Positions 46,805-60,660 are shown, counted from the stretch's first letter. The stretch: 64,000 nucleotides of DNA from Lama glama (GCA_028534125.1 CM052817.1:102240001-102304000); one strand, 5' to 3'. Translations and numbers: made by a program. Notes: a model not told the origin generated them from the letters alone.

Positions 46805-49800
46805 TCCCTGGGGCGTGCCAAGCCCAGTTTGTCTCTTTCCTCCCTTCTCCATAGTGAAGACCTGTGTTTCCAGTGCCTCTGTGATCTCTCAGACAAATAC
46901 ATTCTTGTTGCAAAGAAGGTGGAAGTTCTCACAGCCCTGGTTTTGTTTCCAGCCAACTGTATCTCAAGGGATTAGTTCTAACCGGAGATCTGGGCAGATT
47001 CATGTCAGAGAATGTGTTTCTTACTATGTCAAGATGAGTTTGTTTTTTTTTTCCTTTGATTTAAAGGCATTGTTTGCAGTTTTATCCTTGCATAAAATGT
47101 TTTAGAAAAAATATCTGCCACAAAAAAGCAATCCTGTTTAAAGGTTAAAAGAACATTGCAAATAAAATACCCTCATGATGGTTGAAACCTTAACTAGATA
47201 AGCATTTGGGGTCCAATTGAGAGGTAGCCACAGTCGATCTGAGGTAGAGAACAGAGTTTGGGGGAAAGGGGTTAAGAACACAAAGGCTACTTTTAAAGCA
47301 AAGTGCTTGGCCCAGCGGCCGGAAAATGGGGTTCTGGTTATATTGTGGAGAAAAATAAATCCTGAGTGTGGAAACAATCTAAGTGTTATATAATGGGCCG
47401 CAAAATTGACTCAGTGCGGGGGTTACTGACCCAAGAGGTAGGAAGCCTGAGAACGTGCACACGCAAGGAATCTCTTTCCTTTCATCTCCTCTTGCTCAAA
47501 TACAAATACTCTGGTGGAGTTCAAACTTTGCTGACCCCCTCTAAGAAATACATTGTACATAATAAGCTGCTACACATCCACAGGTAATGTAACTGGAACA
47601 ATAGTTTCATGACACCTACCTCCCATTACAATATGAGATATGCTCTGATATTTAATAATTTTTCCTGTTATTTTTCATTGTGTGTTTTTTTTTTTTTTAA
47701 ATACTGGCCAGCACCCACTAAGTGGTCATGACCTGCAGTTTAAAAACACACCTTCAGTAGTACTATTTATCACCAAAGTAAGCATTCTCTGCGCAGTTAG
47801 TACAGACAGCTTTTTCATTATAACCTAGTAACTGCAAATGAAATGACAGTCAGAAATTGACTACCCTTAAGGTCTTTTCCAACTGCACGATTTCCTAGTT
47901 TTTCCGCCAGAGGAAGATTATTTTTTCCAAATAGGACAGACTGACAAGTTGGAACTTTCCTTCCAGCAAGTTTGTTTGATAAATAAATGGTTTATCTAAG
48001 ATAATTTTGGCATTCCTTGTTCATCAGTGATTAATTCCTAATCAAAATCAGGAATCAATGAAAGTATTGCCACATTTTTTTTGCCACATTGGCATTGGTA
48101 TTTGTGAATTTTGAATTTGGTTGTGGTATTTTGATTTCAGAAATTAGAGATAAAGTATTTCGAGCCACTTTCCACCAGCATTTTGATGTATGATCTTAGC
48201 CAATATCACCTTGAAAATCCCCTCCCGCCCTCATCGCTAAATCTGCTCACAGCAGGTAAGGCGTGCATCCTGACCCCTAGGGCACTGCTCTCCATCACTT
48301 TGTATTCAACAATTATGCTTCACAACACCCTTCTCAGGTCTTGCCTTTAAAATAAGAGTGACACTCTCTGGGCTGAAGGAGAGTGAATAAACTGCGCTAA
48401 CCCTACCGAGATGCAAAACAATAGTAATCACTCAGCAGTTCGCTGTGAGGTGACAGATTCCAATTTCCCATTTTCCAGAGACCTCTCCTCATTATCAAGC
48501 AAAACTGGACCGGTTAACTTGCCCAAGATCTATAGCTCCCTGGGATGTCTCATCGGTCTGTGTCCCTGATGGGGACTCAAGCAGGTGGTGCGGAGAGCAG
48601 CGGGCAAGCTGACACAGGGAGACGTGTTGCCCGGATAAGCTCATCCACCAGGCCAGCTAATTTCCCTTCTATTCTGAGGAGAGCAATTACTTTAAATTGC
48701 CATGTATCAAAATGACTTTGCTCTGGCCCCCAAGTACAGCAAATCAATCAACTATAATGTAAATGACTACCTCCAGCTACTTTGATTTTAAAAAGTGGAA
48801 GATTAAAAAAAAGAGAGAAGCAGATTCGTGCTGCTTCCTTTAGAATTGAGGCAGAATCACAGTTCAAGGTCTTATAATTGCAGGCTGGTCCGTAGAAAGC
48901 ACATTACTTTGGGAGCTTTTGACCATAGAGCAAAACTACTTTGTAACTTTGTTTTTAAATCCCATCAGGTTCTGTTGAAAAGTTGGGTTTTTTTTTTCCT
49001 TTTGTAAGAAAGGACCTGGTCTCTTTTACGAAAATCCGTAGGACAGAAAGAAAGATGCTGAAAAGTGGATGTGAGACACGAGACAGACGGCAGCTAGGAA
49101 GGTACCAAGAACTGTCTTGCCTGAGTCACATATTTACCTGAAGCCAGCAGCACAACCGAAACACAGGCAAACTCACCTGCCCAACCTTTCCAGACCAGAA
49201 CTTAAGCTGGTGCAATCAAATACTTCATTGGCGATGTGCCTTATAAGGAGAAATGCATCCAAAATTCCAAATAAGGCTTTCAAAGGGGAATTTTAATATC
49301 TATATTTAGATTTAGCAGCCTTGAGGGGAAATAGGATGTTGACTTATGAAGCTGAGAGAAATTATAAGCAGCTGGAATATTAAGGACACATTGTCAAAGG
49401 GAAGCTTTCATCTCCAACATGAACTGAAGTTCCAGAACCTTCCATTGCCCCGATTTGAACTCATAAGATCTTAGAGGTCTCTATCTAGTCAATTTTAGAA
49501 AGTGTTATACCCAACTTTTAGACTGCTTGATTGACAGAGCAATTAAAGATGTAATAGTTAAAGATAAGTACAAAAAGCAGTTAAGCATTATTAAATTGTA
49601 CAGTTTTTTCTTTAGACACAACTTTTTAAAAAAATTACAGTGAGTTATATTTTAAATCAAAAGACATTTAAAAAGAATAATTGAATACGAAGAAAGTCTG
49701 AAATCTCTTTATTAATTCCAGAAAGCCTAGCCGTCAAACTACAAAGCCGTTCGCAAGGAAAAGCATCTAAATGAATCTGAGCTTCCTCTTGTGGGCTGAG

Positions 49801-51459
49801 CTTGCAGGCAGAGGCGCAAAACAATAAGAATAATGTCTCAGGGTGGAAAAATACATAATTATCTTCTGTATGATTGGATGAATAAATTACTGCCTCGTAA
49901 ATTAACTTAACCTCTTTCTCTTCAAATTTGCATAAAAATTGCTTTTCCTCACTTCTTGCAGAGGGCTTCTAAATATAATAACTCCATTTCTGATCGCCTT
50001 TCGGTTTCTTCCAGTCATCCTTAAACCAGCTTAACAATGAACAGTTGAAATCACTGAATTCTGTCTCGTTATTTTTGAGGGTTTATCTGACATCACTCTT
50101 CTGTTGTACAGACAAACAAGTTTCCTGGCCTTCGTGGGGAATCCAGTCATCTGCTCCCTAAAACCAGCAGATTATTGGGGTGTGTTGGACAACCACAAGA
50201 GGGGGTGAAAGCCATATTTTTCCAACTGGTAGTCCGTAAAGAAACAATCCAGTCCCATTAAGCATTCAAGGAAGAATCTGGTAGGCAAAATTCCTTATCT
50301 AGAAGAACGCAGAGAAGCAGATAACTAAAATAATAACAACAACAATAACAACATTACAAGATAAATAATGTCACAATAAGGAGCAAAGCAAGCTCTTGTG
50401 GGGACTCAGAGGGCAGTTTCACTTTCATGTAGAGCCAATCTGGCTAAGAGAATTCATCACTTTATTTAGTTACCTGTTTACTACCCACCCTTACTCTAAA
50501 ATGTAAGATCTGTGGTGCATTTTGTTTACTTCCTTATTCCCAGGTATTGCACTGAATAAATGTACGCAGTAATGCGGGTTAACACCATCTCAAATCTATA
50601 GGTTCCAACCCCAGTTGGGTCTCCTCAGCTGTTCAACAAATGCTTCAACCCACAAACCCCACTCCTTGAGTCATAAGAACACCTGCCCCCGCTTCACCTC
50701 AACCAACGAGATCTGGCCCAGGCACACCCCAGGGTCAATGTTCCCATCAGTGGTTCCCAGCAGCCATATTTAGGGCACTTCCAATGCACATCTTATTTGG
50801 CCTCTCTGCTGCATTACGCAAAGCTGACCAGCTTCTCCTTTAAATGCGTCTCCTGTGGCTTTCACAAAACTTCACTCTCCTGGTTTTCTTTCTCTACACC
50901 TGCTGAATCAGAATCTCCGCAGACAGGGCTCCCAAGCATGTGCATTTTTTCAAAGAGCTACAGGTCATTCTGGGGCAACGGCATGACTGACAGCCACTTG
51001 CCCTGACTTTCTTCCCTGCTCACTTTCTTGTCCCGAGGTGGCTTTAAACTTCAGGAGGGTGTAAAGGTTAACATCAGGACGGAAGTAGGGGGAGAGGGCT
51101 AGACACCGCGCCTTAAACCTGACTTTGTATGGCAAAGACATCTCTTTTACTTGGATTATATGTTTCCAGAAGACCTCAAATAGGAAAGTTTAATCAAGAT
51201 GCCCTTATACACACTTTCCATGAAAGCAATGATTGTAAGATGCATGTATTAATGATTTATATGAGATTCAGAAGTTATTCATTGCCATATAAAGAATCTT
51301 GTTATTACCATGGTGATGATTAGGGAATAAACTGTTCCCCACCATCGACACCCCTGCACTTGGCCACTCCTGTGGTGTCAACTGTCCAGGAGACCCCAGT
51401 TATGACACCCTCTGGTTCTCCCTCAAGGGCTAATTCCTCATTCTTAACTGATACTTTAC

Positions 51460-51950
51460 AGGCATCAAGTATCTCAATATACCATTTTCTCCCCTAAACT
51501 TGCTTTCTCTGTCTAATATGATTCATTCAGTTATAACAATGTGACTGTCCCCCCAGTCACCTAATTTAAGACTCTCTCAGAGCCCAAAGCAATCACTGAA
51601 TTCTATTGACTATCCTTCTAATGATCATTCAAATCTTTTTCCATCTCTCTGGCATTGCTTTGATCTAGATAATCAAGTCTTTTTAAACCATTGGAACTGC
51701 TTCTTGACTAGCTAGCCTGCTCCTAGTAACTAGACAAGCTCCCTCCCCTCCACTGTCAGCCTGCAAAATACAGCCATAGTTATCTTTCCAAAGCACTATC
51801 TGGTTATTCCTGCCCCTCTCTGTGTTTGAAAACCAATCTGTGGCTCCGCAGTGAGGACCAGGACCAAAGCTCCTTAGTCCAGTACACAGGGCCTTTCATT
51901 ACTTAATGGCAGCTTATTTTCCCAGCCTTATCACCTTCCTCTCCCCCCAA
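51460..51950 (+). mobile_element. L2 fragment
   Basis: Degenerate pyrimidine-rich L2-like motifs (CAGCCATAGTTATCTTTCCAAAGCAC, CCAAAGCTCCTTAG). Confidence 0.4.
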
Positions 51951-54215
51951 AGGCAGCTACTACGAGCTCTAATCTTTTGAAAGTTCTAGAAAAGGTCACT
52001 AAATTGTAAACATTCAAATACACTCAAGACCTACACACAAGCTCACCCTCCAGAAATGCAAGTTCCTGAATAATCGGTTTATTTTTCTTTGCTGGTTGGT
52101 TTTATTTCACATGCTAACATCACACCATTTATTCTGATTTCCCTGCAGCGGGGCTGTCCCACTGCATTGTAGGCCAAATGACGACCGCAGCAAAGCTCAG
52201 AAGCACTGCCACCTTGTGGTCACAGAAGCAGGGGGAACGCAAAGAGATCCTCCCTTCATACATTTTTCCCCAACAAGAGGAGCTGAGAGCTGGAGAGCTC
52301 CTCTTACTCTCCCCTTTTCTCAGGCCACTGGGAAAAGGAAAAGCCATTTGATCATCACTAGAAACTCCAAATTACAAAACTCTACATTCAATGTCTCAAC
52401 TTTTAATTACTCTCTTTTGTAGCATCCTATTGATTTCCCTCAACCAGCTGATTTAAGGATATTGAAGGACATATTTATTTAAGTGACTTTTGCAGGTTCA
52501 AGTCTCTAATGGGTCCAGAGAACTTTTTCAAAGTCTTTTAAGAAGCTAATAAGAGCTCCAGACCTCGGCTGTCAGCTCTACCAGGGCAGCAAAGCACTGA
52601 CTGTTTGTCAATATAAATGCAAAACAGGGCACAGAAAAAAATCCTAAAGGGCTCCTTATTGAAAGAATAAATGCATGAATACGTGGACAGCACATATCGT
52701 GACAACTTTCAAAATGGAGGAAATTGCTTTTTCTAATATTTTTGAAAATAGTCATTTCAGTTTGAAGTTTTAAGTCCATGTTGAAACATTCACGGCTTCC
52801 CTAATTATGATTCCCTAAGCACCAGCAACACGTGGAAGCATGCTACTTTTAAGAGGGGGTTGATGAAAAATCATAATAGATCTGCAGAGAGGTGAAGTGG
52901 CCTGTCTGAAGGCACAGCAAAAGTAGGTTCAGAGCAATTGCTCAAGGTCACTGCAAGGAGAGAGATGGCGTGACTGGGCAGGAAGTAAATGGAACATGGA
53001 GAAATTCATAAACTCTTTTTGATACTGCTTTGACAAACAAAGCTGTGTCAAAGTCTCTCTTCTTTTTTGAACTCCATTCCTCAGCTATTGTTTCACCACA
53101 TATACCAGCTTCTTTTTAAGAAGATCTGTTCTCAGAATGATTGTTTTCAGATGACTTAAAGCCGGACTTCTTACGCAGCCTGATAGCCGTGGGGGACTTT
53201 TTTCCCTTGGTCAAAACTAAGCTATTTTGAAAGCTCATCGGTCATTCTGAAGCTCATTTGTATCATGTGACATCATAAAATAAATGCTTTATAAATAATT
53301 TGTTTTTCACAAAGTCAATAAGTAATTACCAGTTCGTGCCCTATAAATAAATCAATATTGAAAAGTAAGTTTAAGTGGATTCATCACCGAAATGATTAGC
53401 TGCCCAGAGAGCAAGCCCTGGGGTTACTACTTGGCTGAGTTGCTCCCTTTACATTTCTTTTTAAAAGTGCCTCCCCACCCCTCCATCATTATTATGATAA
53501 AATATGGAAATAGAAAAGGTGAGGCTAGGGCAGCCCAAGAAGTGACTTTAAAAAGCATTGATTCTAGAAAATGTTTTTGGCTTTTGAGGTGTTCAGAATG
53601 CAAAGCCATTTCAAGGACCCAGAACAGAATTCACAGAAAGTCCGGGGGGCAGCCTCACGATGACAGAAGTTGCACATAACTCATGTTATTGCTGTGAGCA
53701 ATAAGCCAAAAAAGGATTTGCAGAATGAAAAATGGCACTGATCCCGTTTGCAGCTCCACTGGTTTTAGTGTTTGAAGCAATTTAACATTGTCTCTGACAC
53801 CCAATTTTCCTTCTTAGTCTCTTTCAAGGATCCTTACCATTGAAAAAAATAAATTGAGTTTGCAAGGCAAAGGGCCACAGTGAGGACTGCCGTGTCCAGA
53901 CTGGAGGCCAGTCCCAGAAGAAATCCAGGTCCTTCCTTCCCCTTCACACTCCCCAAGCTCCACATGAATAGGTTACACTTGGCTAAGTTATCTGGGTTAC
54001 TTTTGACTTGTTTGTACACACAGTGCAATTCTGGCTGGCCCAGGGAGTCTGGGGTGGTCTATTCTTAATAAAACACCCCCAATTTGGGTGCAATAAAAAC
54101 GATTTTCATGACTGCTGAGCCCTGGAAAAAGCACAATTATCCGTTGCCTGGTAAGGTTGAAAGTCAAAATAAACCATCACAGGAAACAAATAAGCAGCTG
54201 ACTGTAAAGCCAAAG

Positions 54216-54879
54216 TGATGCAGGAAACATGGATGTGTGCCATGAGGAGGGCCGTGTCCCAGGCCTCAGCTGAGCACCTGGGACGTGCCCCACCGAGTGT
54301 GGGTCCTTGGCTTTGCTCAGGAAAGAATTCAAGAGTGAGCCACAATTGAGTAAAGGTAGATTTTACTTAGAGAGATACGTACTTCACAGAGTGTAGGCTG
54401 TTTCAAAAGGCAAGAGAAAGGCCACGAGGTGTGGGGATTGAGTGCTCAGATTAGAGTAAAAGCAGGTACCCACTCCATAGACAGTGCAGGCCTTCTCCAA
54501 AGAGGAGGGAGCAAAAAGGTGGCCAGGAGGCACCATGTTGCCATTTTTTATGGGCTCGGTAGCTTCATATGCTAGTACTTGGAAGGACCAGTCTAACCAA
54601 CCTGGAGAAGGGGCTGGGCTTCCCAGGAAGTTGGCCATTTCCCACTGTTTTGACTTTTTGTGGTTAGCCTTGGGACTGTCTTAGCGCCTGTGGGCAAGTT
54701 ATTTACCATGCTAATATATTAAGGTGGGCATATAATGAAGCTCAAGGTCTACTAGAAGTCATATCTCCCACCACCTTGAATCTCAAGGTCTCTTGGGAGT
54801 TGAATCTTCCACCATTTTGGTGTTAATTGCCACGTCATTCCTTGAATGGCTGTGCCCTGCCCCCTTCCTTCCTGTCTCA
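54216..54879 (-). mobile_element. ERV1-class solo LTR (MER41-like)
   Basis: Inverted-type termini TGATGCAGG...CCTGTCTCA, flanks AAAG/AAGG, the motif GGTCCTTGGCTTTGCTCAGGAAAGAATTCAAGAGTGAG, and an internal ~42-bp imperfect duplication at 54742-54820. Confidence 0.65.
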
Positions 54880-55024
54880 AAGGAGCAGAGATGACCTCAC
54901 TCCAGAAGGTCAGCCATGCTCTGTCCACATGGCAGGGGGCCGGGGGCCAAGGACACCTGCAAGAGAGAGCAGTTGGAGCCTGTGCGCCCTGATGGGTTTT
55001 CAGTTCCCATCGTAAAGTGGTTTA

Positions 55025-55544
55025 TTCCTATATTTGCTGAGGTATAATTGACAGATGAAAATTATAAAGATGTAAGGTGTACAATTTGATATTTTGAGAT
55101 ACATAAACATTGTGAAATAATCAAGCCAATTAATATTCCCATAACCTCACATAGTTACCATTTTCTTTCTTCTTCATGTTTTTTGGATGTGATGAGAACA
55201 GTTAAGATAGCCTTTTTAGTAAATTTCAGTATACAATATAGCATTGTTAACTAGAGTCACATTGCTGTACATTAGTTCTCCAGAATTTACTCATTTGGCA
55301 TCACTGAAACTTTGTACCCCGTGACCTAACATCTCCCCATTTTCACCGTCCTCCAGCCCTGGCAACCACCATTCTACTCTCTACATCTGTGAGCTTTTGA
55401 CTATTTCAGATTTTCCATATGAATGGAATCATTCAGTATTTTCTTTCTGTGACTGACTTTTGCACTTAGCATAATGGCTTCTGGATTCATCCATGTTGCT
55501 GCAAACAGCTGAATTTCTTTCTTTTTTAAAGCTAAGTAGTATTC

Positions 55545-55598
<54 letters not shown>

Positions 55599-56200
55599 AT
55601 CTCTGGCTCTATCACCTTTTCATCCAATGGGTGAATTTCATTATCCATTATTCCACTGACAGACATTTAAGTTGTTTCCGTATCTTGGCTACTGTGAATA
55701 GTGCTGCATGAACAAGGGAGAGCAGACATCTCTTAGGAGATGCTGATCACATTTTCTTTGGGAAATATAGCCAGAAGGGGGATTACTGGATCACATGGCA
55801 GTTCTATTGTTAATACTTTGAGAAACCTCCATACTGTCTTCCATAGTGGCTGGAATTTACATTCCCACCCACAGTGCACAAGCATGCTCTTTTTTCTACA
55901 CCTCTACAGTACTTGTTATCTTTTGGCATTTTGATAACAGCCATTCTGAAGGTGTGAGGTGGGACTTCATTGTGGTTTTGATTTGCATTTCCCTGGTGAT
56001 GAGTGATGGTGAGCATATTTTCATGTACCTGTTGGCCATCTGTACGGCTCCTCTTTAAGAAGGTCCTTTGCCTGCTTGTCTGTTCTTGCTTTTGTTGCTT
56101 GTTCTTTTGGTATCAAATCCGAAATCATGGCCCAATCCAACATCAAGAAACTTTTTCCCTATGTTATCTTCTATTAGTTTTCCAGTTTCCAGTTTTAAGA
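55025..56200 (-). mobile_element. LINE-1 (L1MA/L1MB-like) 3' portion with internal (TC)n and an apparent internal deletion near 56055
   Basis: Reverse-strand L1 ORF2-end and 3' UTR motifs (CATCCATGTTGCTGCAAA, TTGATTTGCATTTCCCTG, TTTTTCCCTATGTTATCTTCTA). (TC)n at ~55548-55593. Confidence 0.88.
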
Positions 56201-58101
56201 TCACAAAATGTTCATCTAAAATGTCAACTTTCCACATTCAGCCATTTGTCGTGTAGATAAAATTTTCAGCAGTTTGGATAAAGTGGCCAACACGCAAGTC
56301 CCCTGAGTGATAAACTGTAACTAAGCACTTTTTTAATATACACAAGATGGTCTTTCTAATACTAACGTCAGCATAAATGTTGAAATTCATATAATGTGGA
56401 TATTAGAAAACTCTCACACAGCCTTTCAATGTAAACAGGCCTTAGATGCTCCCAGGACTCGCTGGCCATTCTTTGCCTTCTTGAATTTCCATGGTTCTGC
56501 TTTGTGCTGAAAACCTGCCACCTCCAACCTATTCAATCAGATGCAAACAGTAGGCCAGACATAGTAGAGATGATTCTTCACGTGGTATGTCATCAGCAGC
56601 TAATTAACATTCTCCAGATCTCAGGGTTTTCATTTCCTGCCAGTAATGGGGAAGTATTCCCTGAAAGAATCTCTCTACTGTATATGGGCATATGGAGATG
56701 TTGTCTGGAGTCTGCAAAACAGATTCAGTAATTCCAACTTTCTGATTTTAGCCGAGTATAATGGTGCGCTACAGGTCTGCTTTCCCTGCCCTCAACCAAC
56801 ACACAACTGTAGTTTAACATCACTGCCCTGGTGTGCTCAAATTTTCCTACTTTGCCTACAGAAAATTAAGCACCTGTCCCTTGGGAAATGCACAGACATT
56901 CTAGTTATGCGCAAAGTACCAGCCCAAGGCTCTTCCGCAGTTGCCCCTGTGTGCTGGGAACAGTTCTCGCTTTAAAACTGCAGGAAAGGCACTTCTTTCC
57001 CACACATTGGATTCCTTTTTGCACATTCATTCTCACATTTACAAATCTCCCACAGGCAGACAGTTTGCAGAGACCATATGGATAGGAAGACGTTGTGTCT
57101 CGTTTTGTAAATTCTTTCGCAAAACTGTGATATGGAGATTAATGATTTCTCCAACCAAATGTTGTCAAGGGATGGAGTAAAGTTTCCGGATAATTACAGC
57201 TGGCCCTATTTCCCATGAAAATACTCTTTATGATTTTTAATATATTTTTTGGTATACATATTTTAACGTATTACTTGCATCTTGCCTTTTAAATAAAGTC
57301 TGCTGAACCTAAACTTTCCCTGATTAATTTGTGATGCAGTTAGGAATGTCACTGACTCTTCAATTCCCCCGTGCCTTCAGGGCCTGCTTAGGTATATATT
57401 GGGCAGTTTTTCAGTACATAAAACATCCAAGATCAAATTTTCTAGGCTTTCTTTTTTTTATTTTAACATATTTTCTTGTCTCTTGGGTCCAGCTCTTGTT
57501 GCTTTCAATGCGTTAATTTCCAATAGCTCTTCCCCTTAACAGAGTCTGGATTAAGTCGTACTTGGCTGTGGTAGGTGATTATCTTACACTTGCTAGCACG
57601 TACCAAGACATTTATGAATCTCCACATTTGTGGCCACCCTGACACTTCATGATTTCACTCCTGATATGTAGACAGGTCTACCTTCATAATTAGAAAACAA
57701 AATTTGGAGCAGTAAGTGCTGGTGATTGACAGGCTAACTTTCTGTTGGCCCCATGTGACATCTTCTCATGAACAGGATTCAAAACCTATAGTTAAGAAAA
57801 TTAAAAACAGCCACAGTTTACACACTTCAAGAGTTATATCCGCAAATGAGAAGGATCGAATACGTTGTATTTATGATCATATATCTACCATCATAAGTGA
57901 CATTTGTGTCAACTCAAATAACTCCAGGAACCAGCAAATAATATCAACGTGTGAATCTGCCAAGTATAAGATAGCAGTGAGTAGGTGAAACTCGTAATAC
58001 ACATGCCTCTTAGTAATGCAGATGTCTTTAGAACGACTGCTGGCTCTGGCAAGCACAGATATGCAAGTCAAATGTGGCCTCTAGCCCATTATTATAGTTA
58101 T

Positions 58102-58905
58102 TGTGTTGGGAAAATGTACAGTTCTCTTGTGTGTCTTTTTCACTAATCACACAGAACACTTCACTTCTGATTTACCAAACATGTGGGCATCTCCCCCACC
58201 AATAAGCAACTCTATGCAACACCAGCTGGGCATCCTACAGTTTAACTCAGATCTGACACGATCTACCTGGAGGTAGCATCAGACCCCACAGGTCAGGGGC
58301 TCAGTCCCACCAGACTGCCCCACTTCAGGTGCTGATACAAGTCCAGGTTGTCACCTGTGCTGAGGCTACAAGTCAGAGGTTCCCAGGACCCCCTCCTCAA
58401 GTTCAAATAAGTTGCTAGGGCAGCTCCCAGAATTCAGGACAACAGTTAACTTACATTTCCCACTTGATTAAAGGATATGATAAGGGATACAGATGAATCG
58501 CCAGGTGAAGAGGTACATAGAGGTCAGGAGGATCCTTAGGGCAAGAGTTTCTGTCCCCATAGAGTTACGCTGTGTCACTCTCCTGATGTGTGGATCTGTT
58601 TAGCCACCTGGCGGTTCTCAGAAGCCCATACTTTTGGAATTTTTATGAAGGCTTTATCACATAGATATGATGGACCATGAACTCCATTCCAGCGCCTCTC
58701 CCATCTCTGGAGAAGGGTGAGGGCTGGGGGTGGGGTTGAAACTTCCAAGCTTCCAGTCATGGCTTGGCTTCCTGGTTCTACCCAAGGTCACCTCATTAGA
58801 ATAAAAGATGCTCCCAGTGTTCTTATCACTTAGAACTTTACAAGGATTTTAGCAGCTCTGTGCCAGGAACTGGGGGCAGAAATAAATAAATAAATAAATA
58901 AATAA

Positions 58906-58946
<41 letters not shown>

Positions 58947-58990
58947 AATAAACACACACACACACACACACACATATACATATATATCTT
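58102..58990 (-). mobile_element. MER21-like LTR ending in (TAAA)n/(CA)n microsatellites
   Basis: CACCAGCTGGGCATCCTACAGTTTAACTCAGATCTGACAC...GCATCAGACCCCACAGGTCAGGGGCTCAGTCCCAC...CACCTCATTAGAATAAAAGATGCTCC. Confidence 0.8.
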
Positions 58991-59139
58991 GGGAGTTATC
59001 TTTTCTTCCAAGGTATGGTGAAAATGCTCTAGTAATTCTTTTCATTCTCCCATATTTTGGGGGAATCTGGGGACACCCCGGAAGGAAGAAGTATATGGAG
59101 GTTCTGAACAAGGGCCCCGCTCTCAGATCGTAAGGTTTC

Positions 59140-59345
59140 GCATCCTTTCTACTCTAGTTGAGGTGGGAAAATCGCCGGCACGTTTCCCAAGCTCCCTGAG
59201 ACTTGGCTTCCCCGTTAGTCAAGTAGGATGGGAACAGCGCTGCCTTCACAGAATAGATCTGAGGATTACAGGAAGACAGGTAGGGAAAGGTCCCAGAACA
59301 GGGCCTGGCAAACAGCAAATGCTCAGTGTGAGGGTCATCACACTC
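59140..59345 (+). mobile_element. MIR
   Basis: Degenerate core plus CCCAGAACAGGGCCTGGCAAACAGCAAATGCTCA. Confidence 0.55.
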
Positions 59346-59999
59346 ACCATCATCACAGCGTTATATTTGGCCTCCGAATGGATTTATTTTCTTCATCCCA
59401 TGATTCCTCGCAGCTTCAAGTTGAGTTGTCCCCAGGCCCTCCACCCAATGAATCAGTGGCATTTAGTGTTTCCAGGAGGAGACTGGGTAAGACCTAGAAT
59501 AAGACATCAGTTAAGGTACTAAATTAATTTTCGTAAACCTGTAACCGAAAAAACAAAGGAGGAAGCAAGGCATTCACTTGCAGGAGTCTGGCTTTGTTAA
59601 GAGAGACAAGAATTTGTGTTTCCAAAGCTCCAGAGCGTGGAGCGCTTGGGCATTGAGTTCATGCTGTAAATCACACCAAGAGGAGGAAGACACAATGATG
59701 CACACACAGAGAAGAGAGGGCAGCCTTCCCGGGACGAGAGGGCCCGAAATGGAGAAGATGAGGGAGAGCAAAGGCATTTAGACACCAATAAAGCGGCCTC
59801 CCCGTGCCTCACCTGACCGCGTACCTTGTCATCTCCATCTAAATCCCAGAAAGAGGCAGTGCCGAAACCCCCAACGTGTGCAGGTATCTGAAACCCAGGA
59901 GGCTGTGTCCCAGCGCCTGTCTGGAGTTCCAGGAGGGGAAGACAGCTTCCCAGAGGACCCTGTGACCCCCTGAGCCATGGGGGAGAAAAATCCCTGCGT

Positions 60000-60660
60000 C
60001 CCAGAGCCCCCAGCGGGAGGGAAGTGTGTGTGTGTCCAGGCGCGTGTGCGAAGGGACAGGGTCCGGAAATTTCTAGGTGACTGCGTTTTCTTCCTGACCT
60101 GACTGTACTCAAACCCGAAGTGACTGAGTTTTGTCGAGCTGGCAGGATGGTTCTCCTACTCCTAGGCAGAAACAGGGGCTTGAGGACCGCGTTGAATGGC
60201 ATAAAAATAGTTGCATAAAAATGAATTTGCCAAACTCAGTCTTGTGACTGACGACTGTGCGCGATCCTTCTCCGCTGTTGCTATTTAGTAACTGACATCC
60301 CGGAAGCTGGTTTCGGTTCCTCCCTTTGTTCTGGGTCGCTGGCTGCCAGCTGCAGTTACTAAGGAAACAAAACCATGAACTTACAACTTTCAGTCTCTCC
60401 GTCCGGTCCGTACATCTGGCTTTTCTCTGCCGCGGCCTCCCCGCGGCACGTTGCAACCATGCGGAAGGAAGAGGGTTTGAAGCCTCCGCTACCCGTACAG
60501 ATCGAGTCTTGCTTGGCTTCTAACCTAAAACTGGTTCCCTTTGGGCCGAAATACGGGTGCTGATCATGTGCTGAGCAGGTCAGTAAACGCCGTCCGTTGG
60601 CATCTCTGTTCAACCACGTCCTGCCCAGCGTCTTAAGGGAACAGAAGCGCCCAGCGCTAT
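60000..60660. promoter_or_regulatory. Candidate distal regulatory element (CpG-enriched, RFX X-box and ETS motifs)
   Basis: Local CpG enrichment outside any recognisable repeat, with GTTGCTATTTAGTAAC (60277-60292), CCGGAAG (60300-60306) and GTTACTAAGGAAAC (60355-60368). Confidence 0.5.
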
